Shown: piece by piece, positions 56,893 to 64,000 of the stretch
How the letters are laid out: each line of letters starts with the position of its first letter
Position numbering within the stretch: the first letter of the stretch is position 1
From: Macrostomum lignano
Taxonomy: Eukaryota
DNA: 64,000 bases
Direction: 5' to 3'
NCBI GenBank assembly: GCA_002269645.1
Contig: NIVC01003637.1
Span: 1-64,000, forward strand
The notes under the pieces: model-generated
What the model was told of the DNA's origin: nothing
Database searches by the model: none
Seen by the model: the letters and a program-made list of their open reading frames with translations, nothing else
Position numbers and translations under genes: made by a program

Positions 56893-57750
56893 CTAGGATC
56901 ATCCGAGGTCAGCAAGTAGTGTCTAGGGTCATCCGAGGTCAGCAAGTAGTGTCTAGGGTCATCCGAGGTCAGTAAGTAGTGTCTAAGGTCATCCGAGGTC
57001 AGCAAGTAGTGTCTATGGGGTCATCCAAGGTCAGTGCAAGTAGTGTCTAGGGTCATCCAAGGTCAGCAAGTAGTGTCTAGGGTCATCCGAGGTCAGCAAG
57101 TAGTGTCTAGGGTCATCCGATGTCAGCAAGTAGTGTCTAGGGTCATCCATGGTCAGCAAGTAGTGTCTATGGGGTCATCCAAGGTCAGTGCAAGTAGTGT
57201 CTAGGGTCATTCAAGGTCAGCAAGTAGTGTCTAGGGTCATTCGAGGTCAGCAAGTAGTGTCTAGGGTCATTCGAGGTCAGCAAGTAGTGTCTAGGGTCAT
57301 CCAAGGTCAGCAAGTAGCGTCTATGGGGCATGCTTGGGCGCAACCTTGGGATTCACTCGGCCGTTTCTATTGGCAACACACACATGTAAGTCGCTATTGG
57401 ACGGAATAGTAGTCACGTGACTGCTCTCAGCCAATAGCGACTTATATGTATGTGTTTCCAATAGAAACGGCCAGGTGATTCCCAAAGTTGCGCATGTATG
57501 CTATGGGGTCATTCAAGGTCAGTGCAAGTAGTGTCTGGGGTCATCCGAGGTCAGCAAGTAGTGTCTAGGGTCATCCGAGGTCAGTAAGTAGTGTCTAAGG
57601 TCATCCGAGGTCAGCAAGTAGTGTCTGGGGTTATCCAAGGTCAGCAAGTAGTGTCTAGGGTCATTCGAGGTCAGCAAGTAGTGTCTAGGGTCATCCGAGG
57701 TCAGCAAGTAGTGTCTAGGGTCATCCAAGGTCAGCAAGTACTGTCTATGG
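56893..57750. repeat. 30-bp minisatellite (GTCAGCAAGTAGTGTCTAGGGTCATCCGAG)n in an APBB intron
   Basis: Direct inspection; interrupted at 57329-57500. Confidence 0.93.
57329..57500. mobile_element. 172-bp palindromic MITE with CAT...ATG ends and an 8-bp TSD
   Basis: Arms GCGCAACCTTGGGATTCAC..GGCCGTTTCTATTGG..AAGTCGCTATTGG / CCAATAGCGACTT..CCAATAGAAACGGCC..GTGATTCCCAAAGTTGCGC; CTATGGGG at 57321-57328 and 57501-57508. Confidence 0.75.
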
Positions 57751-58798
57751 GGTCAGCCAAGATCATGCAAGTTAAAAAACGGTCATAGAAATAAAATAGC
57801 AGATAGTAAAACATTTAAGAAAAAATAGCTTTTTGACTACTGCTCTCAGTAGCAACCATCGCCCATTGTCAAAATAATCAGATATAATTTTGGTTAACAT
57901 TTTTTTATCAAAGAGACGTTCCCTCTCTTGATCAGACAAACCCAGACTCAGGGTAGACAGAAAGTGCAACATCATGGAAATGAAGCATTATTAAAAGGTA
58001 GAGAGAAACGGACAGACACACACAGGGGAGGCTGGGAGGGAGCAGATGCAGATTGAGATAATTTTAGTGCTTGCTCGCGGAGCCGATACAGGCAAAAGGG
58101 GATCAGATGTGAGCGCTTATTTCACAGCGCGTGTGGGCGCATTAAACTCGGGGGCCCACTGGATGGGGGGTTGGATGGGATAGGAGAGAGAAAGAGAGAG
58201 AGAGAGAGAGTGAGCAGACAAATTACACGAAATCGAAAATGATGGGGCTCTATCATCTGTCTGTAGGCTTGGATAGCTGTTTAGCGGGCTACAGAGGCAA
58301 GCCTAAAATGGGAAAACAGAAACTAAAGTGAATCATAATTTAACTTGACCTTGACATTATTTTTTGAGACATTAGGGCTTTGATAAAAATTATACTTTGA
58401 GTCAGGAAATAAGGCTCTGGGTTATCTGAGGTCAGGAGATAAGGGTCTGAGCAATTTAGAGTCAGGAGATTAGGAGTCTAAAAGTACAACTCTATAGAGC
58501 ATAGGTTGTATATTAGGTTCCTTATTACTGGAAGACTGACATGGAAATTCCCAATAAACTGCTCACTCATGGCACGAACGACAGTCTGAACTGGCATCAA
58601 TTTTACGAGACATCTGAGAACCAGGAAGACTTGCCTTGTATATTTTTTATTAATGGCAGAGGCCTGGGGGTCGGGACACTACAGATGGGATAGACTGAGG
58701 AATACAACTGAGGGATAAATCAGGGAGAGCATCGTGTATTGATGGATTCCATCGAGTGCTGTGCTAGTTTAAGGGTTGCTTCTGCGTTACAGACTGGG

Positions 58799-58940
<142 letters not shown>

Positions 58941-59456
58941 AACAGAGGCAGACAGCCGCACGGGGCACACGATCGGACAGCTACAGAAAAAGTGATTCGG
59001 GGAAAAGAAAGCACATGGAGGGGGACAGCCAGATGGAGAGGACGCAGGCGGAACAGGGAGCTGACTGATGCGTCCGGCTGATTGCCGCAGAAAAAAATCG
59101 AAGGGACGACAGGGAGAGAAGCTGCAAAAGAGGGAACTAAACTATCTTTGGGCTCCTGGCAACGAAAAAAATAATAAGGCCACGGACCAAGTTCACGACC
59201 GAGGCAGTAAAACGGATGGTCTTCGTTCGATCCGTTCGTCTTAGTTTGTACTTTTAAAGATGCAGGCGGTGCTTATTTTTAAACGGTTTAAGAACTCACC
59301 CATTGCAAAGCCTGCGATTCAGCTCAGATCCATGTTCAGGGTTTCCACATTCAGCTGTCATACATCTTGTAGCCAACATGAATTAGATTAGCAGAAATTT
59401 TATTTTTTTTAAATAAATATTAATAGATTATTACTTAGACTAATTGGTAGACTCTT

Positions 59457-61130
59457 ACACTGATGGATTGCTAGACTATGCACTGATGGATTGCTAGACT
59501 ATGCACTGATGGATTGCTAGACTGTGCACTGATGGATTGCTAGACTATGCACTGATGGATTGCTAGACTGTGCACTGATGGATTGCTAGACTCTTACACT
59601 GATGGATTGCTAGATTATGCACTGATGGATTGCTAGACTATGCACTGATGGATTGCTAGACTCTTACACTGATGGATTGCTAGACTATGCACTGATGGAT
59701 TGCTAGACTCTTACACTGATGGATTGCTAGACTATGCACTGATGGATTGCTAGACTATGCACTGATGGATTGCTAGACTATGCACTGATGGATTGCTAGA
59801 CTATGCACTGATGGATTGCTAGACTATGCACTGATGGATTGCTAGACTCTTACACTGATGGATTGCTAGACTATGCACTGATGGATTGCTAGACTCTTAC
59901 ACTGATGGATTGCTAGACTATGCACTGATGGATTGCTAGACTATGCACTGATGGATTGCTAGACTATGCACTGATGGATTGCTAGACTATGCACTGATGG
60001 ATTGCTAGACTATGCACTGATGGATTGCTAGACTATGCACTGATGGATTGCTAGACTATGCACTGATGGATTGCTAGACTCTTACACTGATGGATTGCTA
60101 GACTATGCACTGATGGATTGCTAGACTATGCACTGATGGATTGCTAGACTATGCACTGATGGATTGCTAGACTATGCACTGATGGATTGCTAGACTCTTA
60201 CACTGATGGATTGCTAGACTATGCACTGATGGATTGCTAGACTATACACTGATGGATTGCTAGACTCTTACACTGATGGATTGCTAGACTATGCACTGAT
60301 GGATTGCTAGACTATGCACTGATGGATTGCTAGACTATGCACTGATGGATTGCTAGACTATGCACTGATGGATTGCTAGACTCTTACACTGATGGATTGC
60401 TAGACTATGCACTGATGGATTGCTAGACTATACACTGATGGATTGCTAGACTCTTACACTGATGGATTGCTAGACTATGCACTGATGGATTGCTAGACTA
60501 TGCACTGATGGATTGCTAGACTATGCACTGATGGATTGCTAGACTATGCACTGATGGATTGCTAGACTATGCACTGATGGATTGCTAGACTATGCACTGA
60601 TGGATTGCTAGACTCTTACACTGATGGATTGCTAGACTATGCACTGATGGATTGCTAGACTATACACTGATGGATTGCTAGACTCTTACACTGATGGATT
60701 GCTAGACTATGCACTGATGGATTGCTAGACTATGCACTGATGGATTGCTAGACTATGCACTGATGGATTGCTAGACTATGCACTGATGGATTGCTAGACT
60801 GTGCACCAATGGATTGCTAGACTATACACTGATGGATTGCTAGACTCTTACACTGATGGATTGCTAGACTATGCACTGATGGATTGCTAGACTATGCACT
60901 GATGGATTGCTAGACTATGCACTGATGGATTGCTAGACTATGCACTGATGGATTGCTAGACTGTGCACCAATGGATTGCTAGACTATGCACTGATGGATT
61001 GCTAGACTGTGCACCAATGGATTGCTAGACTATGCACTGATGGATTGCTAGACTGTGCACCAATGGATTGCTAGACTATGCACTGATGGATTGCTAGACT
61101 GTGCACCAATGGATTGCCAGACTACGCACT
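59457..61130. repeat. 23/24-bp minisatellite (CACTGATGGATTGCTAGACTATG)n
   Basis: Direct inspection. Confidence 0.95.
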
Positions 61131-62049
61131 CGTATTACTAGAGTGAATCTAAATAAGTATAAAAGCAGTTTATCGTCTTTCCTAGAATCACAGAGGCGTC
61201 AGAAAGGATAGAATAAATTATATTTATGAATTATACAACTAAATAAATAACTTTTTGATTGCCATACACACAAGTGGAACGCAAGCATACCTTTTTCATA
61301 CTATGAAAGAAAATATGATTCGTACATGAAACAAGACAGAACGAAAGCTAAAAAATACACCAGTAAATATTCGCAATTGAACAATAATTACATATAATTT
61401 ACTATTTCAATAATAGATTAATGTTCAGTATAAATTAGGGTTAGTAAATAAATATATTTATGAAAGCCCACACAGTATTACGTAAGCAAAATACTTGAAT
61501 TTAACCCCAAAAATATCAATTATCTTAAAAGGTAAGAGTTATTGGCAAAAACTTGTTGCAAAATTATTTTTAATACTAATTTGTTAATTTGTTTAATTGT
61601 TTGAGCATCCCAGCTGGAGCGGTATAAGCGTTTTGATAAAGTTTATAAAAAAGAATACTACAGAAAGTTTAATAAACAGTTTTCGGCAAGGTATAAAGTA
61701 CATAGTGTACTAATAATTCTAATTAATATTATAATTATTTGTGACAGTTATAAGTGCTTAAGCATACATTAGGGACGATTGTTAAAAATACATTTGACGG
61801 AATAGGAATTACATATCGTTTATGCATAGCATAGCAATATTAATGTATAATTTACTGTGTACAGAATCACGCATTGCACCAAAGTTTTGCCTCGCCAAGG
61901 AAAGCAATAAAAAGCTTTAAAGTATTCGAGGCTTTTATAACTTCTACTAAACATGTACAAAAATACTAATTAGGTCTGCTGTTTTATTTGTCCTGCATTA
62001 ACTAACAAGCAAATTTATTGGCGACAGCAATGGGGATAAGATTAGAAAA

Positions 62050-62460
62050 TGGAGAGGGAGGGGTGAGAGGTGGACAGGAGAGAAGTGAGATAGAGGCGAG
62101 GCAGAGGGGTGGGGGAGAGGCAGAGGGGCGGAGGGAGAGGCAGAGGGGTGGGGGAGAGGCAGAGGGGTGGGGAGAGGCAGAGGGGCGGAGGGAGAGGCAG
62201 AGGGGTGGGGAGAGACAGAGGGGTGGGGGAGAGGCAGAGGGGTGGGGGAGAGGCAGAGGGGTGGGGAGAGGCAGAGGGGTGGGGGAGAGGCAGAGGGGTG
62301 GGGAGAGGCAGAGGGGTGGGGAGAGGCAGAGGGGCGGAGGGAGAGGCAGAGGGGGGGAGAGGCAGAGGGGTGGGGAGAGGCGGAGGGGTGGGGAAGAGAC
62401 AGAGGGGTGGAGGAGAAGCAGAGGGGTGGGGAGAGAGGCAGAGGGAGAAGCAGAGGCAAG
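62050..62460. repeat. G/A-rich low-complexity tandem repeat (GGGGAGAGGCAGAGGGGT)n
   Basis: Direct inspection. Confidence 0.9.
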
Positions 62461-62751
62461 AGACGGGTCAGAACTGCAGGCAGTAAAATTCGGTACAAAA
62501 GCTCCATAAATAATGATAATATGATGAAACACGCATGCAATACAGAAGCCAGTAAAAGTCAAGCAAGGACACTGGACGCCAGACAGGGGCAGCAGTTATC
62601 TTAGACGGACAAGCAAATAAAGCGGAGATCTGCGGAGCTGAAAAACTGAATTCTTTTCTGGTTTATAAATTATCTTCGAAAATTTCATAAAAATATTCAA
62701 TACAGCAAATTGTGGTTTGAAGCTTTTAAAAATGGTTCATCTGTGATTCGT

Positions 62752-63835
62752 TGTCAGATAGGGCGCCGATTATCTCAATTTGTCAGATAGGGCGCCGATT
62801 ATCTCAATGTGTCAGATAAGGGCGCCGATTATCTCAATGTGTCAGATATGGCGTCAATAATCTTAATGTATCAGATATGGCGTCAATAATCTTAATGTGT
62901 CAGATATGGCGTCAATAATCTTAATGTGTCAGATATGGCGTCAATAATCTTAATGTGTCAGATATGGCGTCAATAATCTAAATGTGTCAGATATGGCGCC
63001 GATTATCTAAATGTGTCAGATATGGCGTCAATAATCTTAATGTGTCAGATATGGCGTCAATAATCTTAATGTGTCGGATATGGCGTCAATAATCTAAAAA
63101 TGTCAGATATGGCGCCGATATCTAGATGTGTCAGATATGGCGCCAAAAATCTAAATGTGTCAGATACGGCGCCAAAAATCTAAATGTGTCAGATACGGCG
63201 CCAATATCTAAATGTGTCAGATACGGCGCCGATATCTAAATGTGTCAGATATGGCGTCAATAATCTTAATGTGTCAGATATGGCGTCAATAATCTTAATG
63301 TGTCAGATATGGCGTCAATAATCTTAATGTGTCAGATATGGCGCCGATTATATAATTGTGTCAGATATGGCGTCAATAATCTTAATGTGTCAGATATGGC
63401 GTCAATAATCTTAATGTGTCGGATATGGCGTCAATAATCTAAATATGTCAGATATGGCGCCGATATCTAGATGTGTCAGATATGGCGCCAAAAATCTAAA
63501 TGTGTCAGATACGGCGCCAAAAATCTAAATGTGTCAGATACGGCGCCAATATCTAAATGTGTCAGATATGGCGCCGATTATCTAAATGTGTCAGACAGGG
63601 CGCCGATTATCTCAATGTGTCAGATATGGCGCCGATTATCTCAATGTGTCAGAAAAGGGCGCCGATTATCTCAATGTGTCAGATAGGGCGCCGATTATCT
63701 CAATGTGTCAGATAGGGCGCCGATTATCTCAATGTGTCAGATAAGGCGTCGATTATCTTACTGTGTCAGATATGGCGTTGATTAATTGGGGAGTCAGATA
63801 TGGCGCTAACCAATTAGGATGTCAGATAAGGGCAG
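62752..63835. repeat. 29-bp minisatellite (TGTGTCAGATATGGCGTCAATAATCTTAA)n
   Basis: Direct inspection. Confidence 0.93.
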
Positions 63836-64000
63836 ATAGGGGCGCCAAAAAAGCCATTAAATTCAAAACTAGAGATCGATTCATCAGTAAAACAAAACAC
63901 ACACACAGATCACTGCAGGATCTGAATATAGTTGCTGGGGATTATCCCAGAGCGGCCGTTGATCATCCCGAAGCACCAGCCATCCACGCGGGCGATCCGC

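Overview
Eukaryotic (animal) genomic DNA, dense in repeats, with spliceosomal GT-AG introns. The intronic minisatellites and gene style suggest an invertebrate such as a flatworm of the Macrostomum type (inference, not provable here). Three host genes reconstruct exon by exon: a PGRMC/MAPR cytochrome-b5-like protein (+, 20394-23402), a myosin regulatory light chain (+, 44801-46403) and an Fe65/APBB WW-PTB-PTB adaptor (-, core 53485-56838). There is also a small cluster of intronless secreted C-type-lectin/LamG-like genes and fragments (25314-26107, 26865-26990, 37997-38260, 39729-41402, 43635-43697). Mobile DNA includes a decayed THAP/P-type transposase, a Crypton-like tyrosine recombinase, Gypsy remnants with a tRNA-Ser PBS, a 6.75-kb non-coding foldback element with ~2.6-kb near-perfect inverted arms and a 6-bp TSD, a full-length LOA/Lian-type LINE (15-bp TSD) inserted in a mariner, a CORE-SINE and several MITEs. 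About ten distinct minisatellite arrays are present. Most notable: (i) the lectin/LamG paralogs, with conserved framework, hypervariable central segments and orphan variable-segment fragments; (ii) the giant foldback element; (iii) three different satellites in the APBB locus that each carry a nuclear-receptor DR4 motif (RGGTCA-n4-AGGTCA) in essentially every unit. No CRISPR, rRNA or bona fide tRNA gene was found.
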